A stretch of DNA of 64,000 nucleotides from Eledone cirrhosa (taxonomy: Eukaryota): positions 110,670,001 to 110,734,000 of the forward strand of contig OZ024745.1 of the NCBI GenBank assembly GCA_964016885.1, in the 5' to 3' direction. The position numbers were made by a program, and so were the translations under genes. The notes below the pieces were generated by a model. That model was not told the origin of the DNA. It saw nothing but the letters and a program-made list of their open reading frames with translations, and did not search any database. This document shows, piece by piece, positions 26,359 through 38,315 of the stretch; position 1 is the stretch's first letter, and the number at the start of each line of letters is the position of its first letter.

Positions 26359-26804
26359 AACATCCATACAATTAATAAACAAGATTAATGAATAGAATTT
26401 TAGCACTCATTCTAATAAACCTGAAAAGTATATAGGAGAAACGTGTATCTATTTAGTCTAATCAATCAGTTCACTTACCCACCCCCTTTTATTGTTTACA
26501 TGCTTATTTATTATTCTATCAAATATATATTTTTATTAAATGTAAAAGTCTTGAGAAATCTTACACATACAATCAATATTCAGGATGAAATTATCACACA
26601 TTCTGTTGAGAAACATATCTTTACAACTGCCACTGTTGTGGTGGTAGTAATTTATTGTTTTCTACAGCCAAAACTACCAGCCAGCCAGCTTTGACTGAAC
26701 TGAACTGAACTGATTCTGAACATGTCATATCTATAAAATAGAGCCATAAAAATACACTTCTGAATCAATGACTCACAAGGAACTGGCAGGGATGGCTACT
26801 GGCA

Positions 26805-26980
26805 ATGGTAGTGATGGTGATGGTGGTGGTGGTGGTGGTGATGGTGGTGTTGGTAGTGGTGGTGGTGATGGTGGTATTGGTGGTGGTGGTGGTGGTGGCT
26901 GGTGGTGATAGTTGTGATGGTGGTGGTGGTGGTGGTGGTGGTGATGGTGGTATTGGTGGTGGTGGTGGTGGTGGTGGTGG
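26805..26980. repeat. (GGT)n/(GAT) trinucleotide repeat
   Basis: Direct inspection. Confidence 0.9.
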
Positions 26981-27306
26981 ATCGCTGACCTAACTTTGTA
27001 ATTTTTAGCATGTATCTCACAACATGGAGGAGACAACAGGTTCACTTTTTTCTTTAGGAAAAAAAAATACTCATTTGAAAAAGAAATATATAACGATAAA
27101 TTTCAACTGAAATAGGTTTATTTTGGAAATGTGTTTTAATGATGATGAATAAATAAAAATATAACAACAAATGTCTTTCTTAATTACATTTCAGACATAA
27201 GTCCGCAATAAAAATCATTTTTGAAACCATCAAAAGACTCTTTACTTTCTCTGTATTATAAATGTTTATTGTATTTTAAATGTACACGTTCATTATTTCT
27301 TTTATT

Positions 27307-27491
27307 GGGTGTATTAGCAGTATTGGTAGTGGGTCAGACGCCATGCTTTGCAGAACAGAGTTTCGGCCCTTTACAGTCTGGATTCAAATCCTGCCAAGGT
27401 TAACTTTGCTTTTCATCCTTACAGGGTCAATAAAATAAAGTACCTGTAATGCACTGGGATAATTGCTGGCCTTGTGCCAAAAGTAGAAACA
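27307..27491 (+). mobile_element. SINE-A full length with probable TSD
   Basis: Flanks attatttcttttattg and attatttctttgattg. Confidence 0.85.
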
Positions 27492-28831
27492 ATTATTTCT
27501 TTGATTGAGTGAATTCCATTTAAATGGCACACTGGCAGAAGCATTAGAGCATTAGATAAAATACTATACAGTATTTGCTTTAGGGTTCTTGTGTTCTGAG
27601 TTCAAATCCTGCTGAGATCAATTTGTCATTCAACCTTCCAGTATCTATCAATAAAGTAAGAGTCTAGAATAGTCTGCTAGGCTGGTGGAATTAGTAGAGT
27701 CTCAGGTGGGATTCTTTGTGGGATTTTTTCAGAATCTTGTGTTCTGAGTTTAAATTCCACCATAGCTTACTTGGATAGTAGACTTAATATGTTATCTAGT
27801 TTACCCCAACCTTTACTGGGTCCTTGTGAGACTTTATTATTTGGGTTAAGTCTTCGATTTAAGAGTGCTTTCCTTCAACCCTCTCACTAGTTTTAGGTGC
27901 CTCAAAAATGTCTTTCCTCCTAACTAAATGATAATCATTTTTTTTATTTTTCTTCTACAGTGAATTTTCTTTACATGTATTATTTTATTAATTTTCAGGG
28001 AAGAAGTTAGTGTGTAAAAGTTATATTATCTATCAAGAGGTTTTGCAGTTGAGAGACATCATACTATTGGATAGAAAGCAAGTCTGTTTCAGGACATTTC
28101 CCTTTGTGGGAGACTTAAGCTCATTATTGTAAATTAATAAAATTCATGTACATTACACATTATGCTTCGTTTTTGAAAACTGCAAACTGTCTTTCATCAC
28201 TTTAGCTGTATATTTCTGAGTGTAGAAGAGACATCTTTTGACAGTTTAGTCAGTGAGGGGAGTGCAGGTCCGTTGCCCTCTATCAGGTCGTTTGATACTA
28301 ATGGGAGGGAGGGAGAAGGTTATCCTCTGACAGGAAATATGGTGCAAATGTTCACAATAGAGTGAACCCTGCATCAAGATCTAGGTGGTTTTATTAAATC
28401 AGGTAACAAGTTAAGCAGAGACAACAGCCAGAACATATACTGCAAGGCATCTTGTCAGATACTTAAATAATTTCACCAATTTATTGCTCTGGTCTAAAAG
28501 AAGTCTTACATCAGTTTCAAGCCTGAAGGTTCATCAGGTTGGTGCTTATCCTGGTTCACTTAGTGTGAAGCAACTGAAAATACAAGATCCCCCCCCCCCC
28601 CCCCACTCCCCGGACAGGATGCCAGTCCATCAAAGCGTTAAACCTCCAGCTGTTGCTGGTATTTATTTTCAGCTGAGAATATTGGAGCAGAATGAAATGA
28701 TGTGTTTTGCTCAAGAACACAGCACATACCCCAGTCCACGAATCAAACCCACAATATTATGATTGGAAGTTCAACATATTCACTACTAAGCCAATCGTAG
28801 ATAACTCAGAAGAAATTTTCTTGATTGAAAA

Positions 28832-28902
28832 GTTCCCTGATGAGCTGAGATTTCTCACAGTTCTCAAAAACTGTGACAACTCAGCGAAATTGCAGTTGGG
28901 AC
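28832..28902 (+). ncRNA. Type I hammerhead ribozyme motif, family D
   Basis: gttcc-CTGATGA(28837)-gctgag...ctcagc-GAAA(28886)-ttgcag-TT-gggac; perfect 6-bp helix II base with canonical G10.1-C11.1 and a second hairpin tcacagtt/aactgtga. Confidence 0.8.
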
Positions 28903-29596
28903 ATCAAAGTAAATAGGTAAACATTTATTTTCTTGTTTACTTTTCCCAAATGTAATTTTATTATGCACTGATAAATTGATTTTTATTAATTCCTTCATTG
29001 AGCAAAACTGGCATTGGTTGGACTCCATCACATGTATGTCTATACTTGTGTGTGTATATATATATCATCATCATCATCATTTCATTTTACGTCCACTTTT
29101 CCCTGCTTGCAAGGGTGGGACGGGAACTGATTCTGGCTTGATTTCTACAGCTGGATGCCCTTCCTAACACCAACCTCATTTACAGTGAGTGCTGGGTGCT
29201 TTTTTGCCATGGCACCTCCACGACCACTTTTTAGTGGAATGATATATATATATATATACAAAGGATAACAAAATATCGTTATAGGTAATCCAATTAGAAC
29301 AGTTTCCGAAGATCTAATCGTATTTAAAATTGAGTGGCACTGCTTTTAGTGTTCAGCAATTTTTAGACAACTTTATCAGTGAAACAATTATTAGACTGCA
29401 AATAAATCCCCCTTTTTTGTACTGTTGACCATGTTATTCTCCACTTTTTCAATTTATATATATATATATATATATTTCAAGACATAATTAATTGCCCATT
29501 AGGTGATGAAACATATGTTAATGCTTGGAATAAAACCCTATTATATTTCTTATCTGTGTTAATCATCCTTTTACCTGTTATATATATATCTATATC

Positions 29597-29643
<47 letters not shown>

Positions 29644-29653
<10 letters not shown>

Positions 29654-30047
29654 AGATCAAAAGATGGTTAAAGGAGTTCCATGTATTTTATTATGCGCAT
29701 TTCAAAAACAAACATCATCATGCAATAATATTTGTGTTTTCATCAGATAAAACAGGAGAACATGATATGAAGGCTAAAAAACACTTGTGGATAGTGCAGT
29801 TTTAAATCAACTACCCACAAGTGTTTTTTAGCCTTCATATCATGTTCTCCTGTTTTATCTGATGAAAACACAAATATTATTGCATGATGATGTTTGTTTT
29901 TGAAATGCGTATAATAAAATACATGGAACTCCTTTAACCATCTTTTGATCTTATATATTATGTATACTCCAGTCCTACAAACTGTAGAGTGCTTCTTATC
30001 CGATATCTGCATTGCTTTATTGTACTACAATAAAACTCACCTCCTAC

Positions 30048-30050
<3 letters not shown>
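29644..30050. mobile_element. HHR family A foldback element in (TA)n, HHR on both strands
   Basis: About 150-bp near-perfect arms 29644-29794 and 29811-29961; CTGATGA at 29859 and GAAA at 29902 on +; mirror motif at 29684-29754 on -. Confidence 0.8.
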
Positions 30051-30116
<66 letters not shown>

Positions 30117-30849
30117 CAATAAAGGGAGGAACGCAGGACTGCATACGGTTTATAATTTTTTATCCCAATAGTAAAATAAGTTGGATTACTTTGAATAAAT
30201 AATGAATGAATATTACATAATTTGTCTACTAAATTTTGTTTATTTAAAGATTCACTTCTTTAAAATTTCTGAAATGTCAACACATCCGGTGGCGATCGTT
30301 TAAATAAACATACATATATTTTTGTCACTAATTTTCTCATAATGCAGTTTATATATAATATCGTCTTTTTTTAATGTATCATGGATTACGTTACTGATTA
30401 CATAAGACAGTGTAACACAATCTTCGTACAATTTCTGTGTATATTGTCAATTACGATTTTATTTGATATATCATATCTACATGCATATATACTTGCGTAT
30501 AATATCAATATACACACTACACACGCTAGCAGAAAACCAGCCGAGGGTGGTGTTTCTGCTAGTATATATAATAAAGTACATCCACAAAAGGCACTCTATC
30601 TGTACACACATTACAGCAGCCATGACATACCTGGACTCTCCTCCACACACCAGACTACTTGCCAAACCTTCCTAGCATTGGGTTTTTTTCCCGAACTTCC
30701 TTGTTCCAATATTTTCTTCCTCTTTCTCCAAACTCTCTATTTCTTGAAGAAAGACTTATGTCCAACACGTCGAAACACTAATTTACTGCTTCCTAAGCGA
30801 GAAACTAATAAGACTTTGTGTTATTATCGCATCTGTGTTTGTTTTCTCT

Positions 30850-30990
30850 ATTCTTCTTCTTCTTCTCCAACTTATTTCTGAGAGGGTCGTGGGGGAAGAG
30901 TCCTCAAACACTTCTTCCAGTGGGTCCTGTCAGAAGCAACCATCTCCAACTGATCCGGCTGGGTCCCCAAGCAAGGCCAGCTAAGGTCAT
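30850..30990 (-). mobile_element. RTE (Rex3-like) LINE 3' tail
   Basis: Homologous to 7165-7310. Confidence 0.8.
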
Positions 30991-31365
30991 TGGCAGTACT
31001 GGTAGAGCGTCAGACACCATGCTTCGTGACATAGAGTTACGGTCTGAATTTACGTACTGAGTTCATCCTTACGGGGTCGATGTAATAAAGTACCAGTAAT
31101 GAACTAGAGTCGATTTAATCGACTTTCCCCTCCCCCAAATTACTGGCCTTGTGCCTATTACGAGGAATCATTATTATTGGCAGTATCGGTAGAGGGTCGG
31201 ACGCCATGCTTTCCAGCATAGTTACGTCCCTTTACGATCTGAGTTCAAATCCCGCCGAGGTTAACTTTGCCTTTCATCCTTACGGGGTCGATAAAATAAA
31301 GTACCAGTAATGTACTGGGTAATTGCTGGCCTTGTGCCAAATGTAGAAACAATTATTATTATTAT
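30990..31365 (+). mobile_element. Two head-to-tail SINE-A copies (30990-31177 and 31178-31365)
   Basis: Second copy begins in the (ATT)n tail of the first; CpGs retained. Confidence 0.9.
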
Positions 31366-31456
31366 AATATATATATATATAAATAAATCATCGAGAATCG
31401 GAATTTCGGCCCACGAAATAACGAAAACACAATCTTCGAAATGCGTGGCAAAGGGC

Positions 31457-31507
<51 letters not shown>

Positions 31508-31513
<6 letters not shown>

Positions 31514-31882
31514 ATTAAATAAATGGAAACTATATTTATAAAACCATATTTATTTCATTATATATATTTCGGGGATATCATATTAACAATATGCTATGCC
31601 TTCCTCAGACAAAATACAATATAAACAGTTTTATAGATAAATAGATTCGACATACCGTTATAACACCGACTTCCATTTGAAGAGGTTTAAACTGGCAGTC
31701 TTTATAGATAAATAGATTCGACATACCGTTATAACACCGACTTCCATTTGAAGAGGTTTTTACTGTTTATATTGTATTTTGTCTGAGGAAGGCATAGCAT
31801 ATTGTTAATATGATATCCCCGAAATATATATAATGAAATAAATATGGTTTTATAAATATAGTTTCCATTTATTTAATATTGT
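31508..31882. mobile_element. HHR family B foldback with an internal 58-bp direct duplication
   Basis: About 122-bp apparently perfect arms 31508-31629 and 31762-31882; duplication at 31630-31687 and 31701-31758; tattttgt-CTGAGGA(31783)...GAAA(31821)-tatata-TA-atgaaata. Confidence 0.75.
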
Positions 31883-32174
31883 AAATATACTCCAAATATT
31901 TGTCGAGTGCTTTTATATCAGTTATAAATATTTACTAGTTGTAACTCAACAATTTTAAATATAACTTTCTATATATATATATATATATATATAATGAAAT
32001 ATATAGAGAATAGAAATGGCTGTAAGTTGCTATTTAAGGTAGCTTAAAATGCAGTGGGAATACGAAAAAAGCAAGAACAGGGAGGGGGAGTTTTCCTCAT
32101 CATATAACGAAGGAAGTGTGGTAAGGAACCAGATGGACCATAACGTACAAGAGTACTTAATACTTAGGGCTATA

Positions 32175-32226
32175 GAGAGTCCAGAAATAGCCGACGAAAC
32201 GGCTTGAGCTCTGCCGTCGGGGTTAA
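32175..32226 (+). ncRNA. 5'-truncated HHR remnant, related to 4584 and 5139
   Basis: ggctat...atagcc hairpin, then GAAA-cggc-ttgagctct-gccg-TC-ggggtt; CUGANGA box absent. Confidence 0.5.
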
Positions 32227-32258
32227 ACATTTTCCTAAATATATATATATATATATAT

Positions 32259-32408
32259 AGTTTTAATATAGATGAGATTCTACAGGACTAGAACTGTTTC
32301 ATTCTTTAGAAATCATCAGGAATTCTTTAGAAATCATCAGGAGATTCCTGATGATTTCTAAAGAATGAAACAGTTCTAGTCCTGTAGAATCTCATCTATA
32401 TTAAAACT
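32259..32408. mobile_element. HHR family C foldback in (TA)n
   Basis: About 65-bp perfect arms with an internal duplication tctttagaaatcatcagga. Confidence 0.8.
32341..32393 (+). ncRNA. Type I hammerhead ribozyme motif, family C (mirror copy at 32274-32323 on -)
   Basis: gagattc-CTGATGA-tttctaaagaat-GAAA-cag-ttctagtc-ctg-TA-gaatctc; 7-bp helix I, GUA cleavage triplet. Confidence 0.8.
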
Positions 32409-32474
32409 TTTATACTCTGCAATGTATTGAGTACCTTACTTACTGTGGTTACCTCCGATTCAACCCGGAATAAC

Positions 32475-32537
<63 letters not shown>

Positions 32538-32569
32538 ATAAACGTGCTGCGGAGTTGCAAATGGGTTAC

Positions 32570-32657
32570 ATATGAATAAAGTGGTCCTTCATCAGTGATG
32601 AAATACCATCAGAAATACCGATGATGGTTGGAAGATCACTGATGAAGGACCACTTTA

Positions 32658-32664
<7 letters not shown>
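32570..32664. repeat. 30-bp perfect inverted repeat containing a CTGATGA box (truncated HHR foldback)
   Basis: atatgaataaagtggtccttcatcagtgat ... atcactgatgaaggaccactttattcatat, between (TA)n tracts. Confidence 0.7.
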
Positions 32665-32712
<48 letters not shown>

Positions 32713-32819
32713 CCCACAATAGTTGACTGAACACACGTGTGCTTTTTATCTAAAATATTTTTTTTCGTTTCTTCCTCTTCTAATTCTCCTCTATCATTCT
32801 ATTTCTTCTTTCATTCCGT

Positions 32820-32945
32820 TTTCTCTTCTGATGAAGGATTACCTTTCGAAACGTTCAGACTTTTTTCCTACTATATTAAACGCTAAAGAAATATATATCG
32901 TCATTGTACTGTATTGTTTGCTTTATTGTTTTCCGTTTTCCCTTT
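32820..32945 (+). mobile_element. Penelope-like 3' fragment with degenerate HHR; relatives at 37180-37285 and possibly 30740-30850
   Basis: CTGATGA-aggattaccttt-CGAAACGTT, then ttcctact...cattgtactgt...gtttgctt shared with 37180-37285. Confidence 0.55.
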
Positions 32946-32991
32946 CGCATATGTATGTATATACAAATACACATGTATACACACACACATT

Positions 32992-33026
<35 letters not shown>

Positions 33027-33419
33027 GAGCGCACACACATGCACACGTTAAACGAATCCTCTCCAGTTCAGACACACACACAGGCACACGGTCTCTCATG
33101 TTGATGTTTACAAATGTACGTGTTATGTGTGTGTGCGCGTGCAGTTCACTGCATGTATAAATATTTGTCGCTACTGTTATTGTATACAGAACAGTATTTG
33201 ATAGAATCGGCAGAGCGTCGGTCGGAAAAGGACTCATTGTATTGTGTGTTCAACTTTAGACCTAAGTTTTTCGTAATTCCGAAGTCTACAAAATGTATAT
33301 AGCTGCCATGTGCTGGTTCGGTTTTACAAAGCCGGGCTTCGTCGGAAATAAAAAAAAATATATTTTGATAATACACGGATTATAATTATATTAATTGCAT
33401 ATCTATAATGTTATTAAAT

Positions 33420-33960
33420 AAACCTATTAAAGAAAGCGTTCCGACCACGACCACCCCATCTTATTTTGAGACAACGTATTTTAAGATTCTAATATATAAT
33501 GTGTTCTTCCTGTCATAAGACCGTAATGGTTGAGTTGAGGGAGATTTGGTTACTATTTCTAGCAGAATATGTGACTACATAAAGGCTTTTTCGCCGGCGC
33601 AATAAAACTCGAATTGGAATCAATTCATATTTAAATGCGGCTAGTGTTCTTGAGAAATCTATCACCGTCTCAAACCTTTCACCTAGCTTTAAATGCGAGG
33701 TGACGCGCGTTATAAGGAACATTATAAGCTTCACACTTTAAACAAACTAATTAAATTAGTAGGAAAACACTCTCTTAAACCACAGCGGCTTAAAAAAAAG
33801 GAAAGACGGAAAAATACATTGAACAATGCAGCCCACGATATATTAATAAAGTAACAACAACAAAACAAAATTTAAAAAAAAGACGAGAGAATCATGGCTG
33901 GAATGCCTTTGATCAGAAATCTGCTCGATCGGGGTTAACCAAAGACTAAACGACAACATT
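33420..33960. mobile_element. Old dispersed repeat related to 22250-22410, 34850-34940 and 5310-5370
   Basis: Shared gagatttggttactatttctagcag and atcatggctggaatgcctttgatc motifs. Confidence 0.5.
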
Positions 33961-34176
33961 ATATATATGCGACTAAATATAATTTCAAGATTTCTTTATA
34001 AATGGAATTTTAATTATGATGCGTAAATTCCTTTACGTTTCGAGTAATAATTCCTGTATGTTCGAAATAAAATAAACGATTTCTTTTCGTGGGGAAATGA
34101 ATGAGATTATGTGATGTTCATGCTTATAAGAAACATGAATGACATGGAATTACTACAACCGGGATTCGTAACTCGG

Positions 34177-34208
<32 letters not shown>

Positions 34209-35028
34209 GCACATTGATTTAATTTGAAATATAACATAACACGCACCACGCATTGATTTAGTTTGAAATATAACATGATAACACACACACACACATTGAT
34301 TTAGCTTAAAATATAACATAATATACAATAAACAATAAATAATATGACAGCCATAAGAGTTAGGATATTTGAAGCAGACGATCTACTTGTCAGGACGTAG
34401 CAGAATCACTTCCTAGCAGACGGACACACGCACAAAGCGATTCCTTTACTAAAAATGAGAGAAAAATGAGAGAAAACATGAAACAAATACTTCGCACTGT
34501 TTTGATATTGACTTTGGTCATAATAAACGCGTTTATATCCTTCTTTCTACCGTACACACACACACACACACATACACATATGCATATACACACACGCATA
34601 CACTGCTTCAGACACTTTGGTGCCCTGAAAGGTCAAAAGAATAAAGCAATTTATCCGTTCCAAAAATGATCCCCCATTTTGTAACAACAGGGTAATATGT
34701 GAGCAAGAATAGGAAATATCTTGTCGACGAAGATTATGTGTGTGAGTGCGCGTGTGTGTGTGTGTGTGTGTTTAAAATGTTATTACGTTTATTTCACTTT
34801 TACTCAGATTTTTGAAAAAGCGAAATATGCATGCATATATATATATACGAGCCAGCGTGGTCGTGCGATCTGCTATAAAAAGCAGCCACATCTCTTTGAA
34901 ATCAACTCGCATCAGCTTCAATTTGGGAAGGACATCTGTAGTCCTATTAACGGAGCTGGTTCCGTTTGGATTGCCATTGATTAGTGGTTTAGTCGATTTC
35001 AAAGTTTACCTGTGGCTACACACACACA

Positions 35029-35064
<36 letters not shown>

Positions 35065-35066
<2 letters not shown>

Positions 35067-35140
35067 GGGTCCCCCCACCAAATTTATACACACTTTTATT
35101 AAAATCCTGCCGAAGTGTGCATACATTTTTGGGGACACCC

Positions 35141-35142
<2 letters not shown>
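35065..35142. mobile_element. Miniature Tc1/mariner-type MITE remnant
   Basis: Terminal inverted repeats cagggtcccc / ggggacaccctg within microsatellite. Confidence 0.6.
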
Positions 35143-35180
<38 letters not shown>

Positions 35181-35344
35181 TGAGAGAATATGCTCCGAAA
35201 TCATTAGACGTGTCCGTCGAACCTGCGGGTCCAGAATCAGACAGATCCACACAATGATCGCGTCTCGAGCTGTCCGCCGGCGAAACAATTGTAACACACA
35301 ATAAATTGTGTTCAGAGGCCGCACTGATTTTTCGTTTTCTATTC

Positions 35345-35482
<138 letters not shown>

Positions 35483-36039
35483 GGGGGGGGATAGCTATGA
35501 AAACAAACAAAAAAACATAGATTTTACTTTTTCTGAAATAACTTTAGAAGCCGTATTCTTTATTATTATTATTTTTTAATATTAAAGACATTTTCAAATA
35601 TTTATGTGAAATCTAGAAACGAAATCCATAACAGTGTTTGAAGGTTGCCGGTAAAGACATGTTGCTGTATTGGTATGTAAACATAAACATTGCTTGGTCC
35701 CGTTTGTACTTACATAAGTATTCTTCCTATCATCGATACAAGGGCATAATATCGTTTATTTCTACGAAAGAAAGAAATTTTGTTATTTTAAATATTATAT
35801 ATCAATAAAGAAATTGGATAATTTTTTATTGTTTTACTTTCTATTTCGCTGGAGAGACAGCAGACAACAAATATCTCTTTCACTGAATGACTTACAGCTT
35901 GCCGTAAACTGGTGTGTGCAACATGTTAAAGAAACTTTTATAGCTTATAAATAAATAAAATAAGATTATTTTTACTAGATTCAAATGCCTTTTCTTTTGT
36001 TATATTTACCTAAATAAAAAATTATGCAATCTAATAGTA

Positions 36040-36180
36040 CATCGGACGTTGTCAGATGTCGCAAATTTAAACTTGTCAACAAACCAACAGACGACCTCTA
36101 CAAAATGGCGGCGGTAAGTTGCGAAATTTGTTTTTCATTGATAAATGGGATGGCTTGCGTCACAGGAAGGACAGTGTTGC
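36040..36180 (+). promoter_or_regulatory. Candidate promoter/first exon with YY1-type motif
   Basis: CAAAATGGCGGC at 36101-36112; nearby tgcgtcac and caggaag motifs in unique, CpG-retaining DNA. Confidence 0.5.
36105..36113 (+). CDS. Candidate coding portion (Met-Ala-Ala) of a first exon
   Basis: aaaATGG Kozak context; ATG GCG GCG is followed directly by consensus donor GTAAGT (36114-36119). Confidence 0.4.
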
Positions 36181-37298
36181 TTAAAATTTCAATGAATGAG
36201 TCATTCTGTCTATTTTCTATATTTATTTATTTATTTTTTATAACTGTAAAAGAAGACACACTGGTTTGTTGTCTTCTTTTGTGAGTGACTACCGTCCCGT
36301 CCGGTTCTTTCTTAATGACACACTAGTTGTCAGCTCCTGCTTGTAGTACAAGAGAGAGTAATGGCACTCCGAACCCGTGTAATTGCCACTAGTTGTTTAT
36401 AAGTGCGATGCCAATAATAATGAATCATTATTATTTGTCGCGTATTCAGGATTCTTTTATTTATTTATTTAACTTTTTTTAAGGAGAAGGGGGTGGGGCT
36501 GGGGGTTTAGAATTTATCTTTTATTTATTTTTCTACTGCTTATTATCTCAATTGTTATCCAATTCTAAGGACAGTTTTTAAGTAAATATCGATAGTCGTC
36601 TGTCTATTTGTTTGGGAGATTGAGTGAGTCAGAGTTCGGAACAAGGAACCGCGATCTCTCCTATGCTACCACCGACTAATGAATGAATAAATTCGCTCAT
36701 TTATCCTCATCTCTTTCTTTGATTTTGACTATTTTCCTCCACATTTCTTTGTATGGCTCTTTCATTTTGCGTATTTTTCCTTTTTTCTGTCTGTCTTCCT
36801 CTCTCTATCTCAGGTCAGTAAGTGACAAGCTGCAGTTGTGTTCTAAATATCAGTTTCGCTTCCTCCGTCAGTGCTGATAATAAACATTGCTAAAATACAG
36901 CTGATATGTGTCACACCTCATCCTATGTTTAACTCTGTTGTTAGACGTCGTCAATACTGCCTTCTTTGGGATGAAGCTGCATTGGAAGATAGATAGATAG
37001 ATAGATAGATAAATATATAGAGAGATAGGTATATAGATATATAGATAGATAGACAGATAGATAGATAGGTATATAGATAGGTAGATAGATCTGCAGGTTG
37101 ATATGTAGAAAGGATAGAAAGTATATAAATAAATACATAGATGGATTGAAGGTATCGATATATATATATAGAATTAATGTCCGAAACGTTAAGAATCTAT
37201 TCCTACTTTATCAAGCGTTAAACTAATAATATATTTCTTCATTGTACTGTGTCGTTTGCTTCGTTATTTCTGTTTACTTTTTGCACCCCTCCGCCTCC

Positions 37299-37398
<100 letters not shown>

Positions 37399-38238
37399 GG
37401 GAGAGAGAGAGAGAGAAATGTGTATATATATATAGATAGATAAATGAGTAGATGGATATGTAGAATGCTAGAAGATAGACAGATATATAGGTAGGTGGCT
37501 GGGCAGATATTTCTATTGATAGCTGTCTGCTTGGAGATGCGAGAACCTTTCACATTGTCACATCTTTATTTATTTATTTTTTTGTTCTAATCACAATAGA
37601 ACTGACGCAATTTATTAAAATTATCTTACGCTAAGATAAATATTTCCCTCACTAACCGACGTTCTCCAACACTCTCAGAAAAACACACACACATACATAC
37701 ACACGCATACGTCTTCTAAGATGACATACCGATACATGCTTTACAAGATAATATAACGAATGCATACACATGCTCGCACATATTTCTTTGTTGGTGCATC
37801 ATGTTCCCGTTTACTGAGAGAGATAGAGAGAGAGAGAGAGAGATAGAGATAGATAGAGAGAGAGAGTGTGAGATAGAGAGAGACACATACACACACGTGC
37901 TTTTGTGTGTGTCTAACAACAGGCCCGCAAAAATCTGATAATAGGCCCGAACCAGATGTGAATTATAGGTCCCATTTCAGAACTGCTCATTAAGTATTTT
38001 AGAAATCAGTGCTAATTACATATGATTTACGTGTATGGGTTACAGGTAATATACACGTGTACGTAGTCTACATTATGTACGTACGAGGAACAGAACATAA
38101 TAATACTAGAACGATTTATACGAATATTCTTTAACCAACAGTCCTGTCTCTACTTTGATTTCAAAAGAGGTATAGATCATCCCCTCTTCAAAATCCTAGG
38201 TCAGGTTCATGCCTAATACTGGCCCACTCAGTTCAGGC

Positions 38239-38315
<77 letters not shown>

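Noticed and set aside
26773-27045. Poly-His/poly-Pro ORF ending near a GTGAGT donor on the minus strand
   Set aside because: A trinucleotide repeat explains the ORF and there is no convincing acceptor; cannot be fully excluded without RNA data
27999-28130. Possible + strand coding exon after ttttcag
   Set aside because: One short open frame with no recognisable protein similarity and a weak donor
28500-28545. CTGATGA...GAAA on the minus strand in a SINE-B tail (also at 22111 on +)
   Set aside because: Helix I cannot form and GAAA is not conserved in the copy at about 19160
31178-31260. tRNA genes
   Set aside because: A/B box-like heads run straight into SINE bodies and no complete cloverleaf is visible
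32595-32642. C/D box snoRNA-like pattern (GTGATGA...CTGA)
   Set aside because: Too short, and both boxes arise from the inverted repeat itself
34772-35002. 76-aa minus-strand ORF of normal composition
   Set aside because: Overlaps a dispersed repeat shared with about 33530-33590 and 22340-22400
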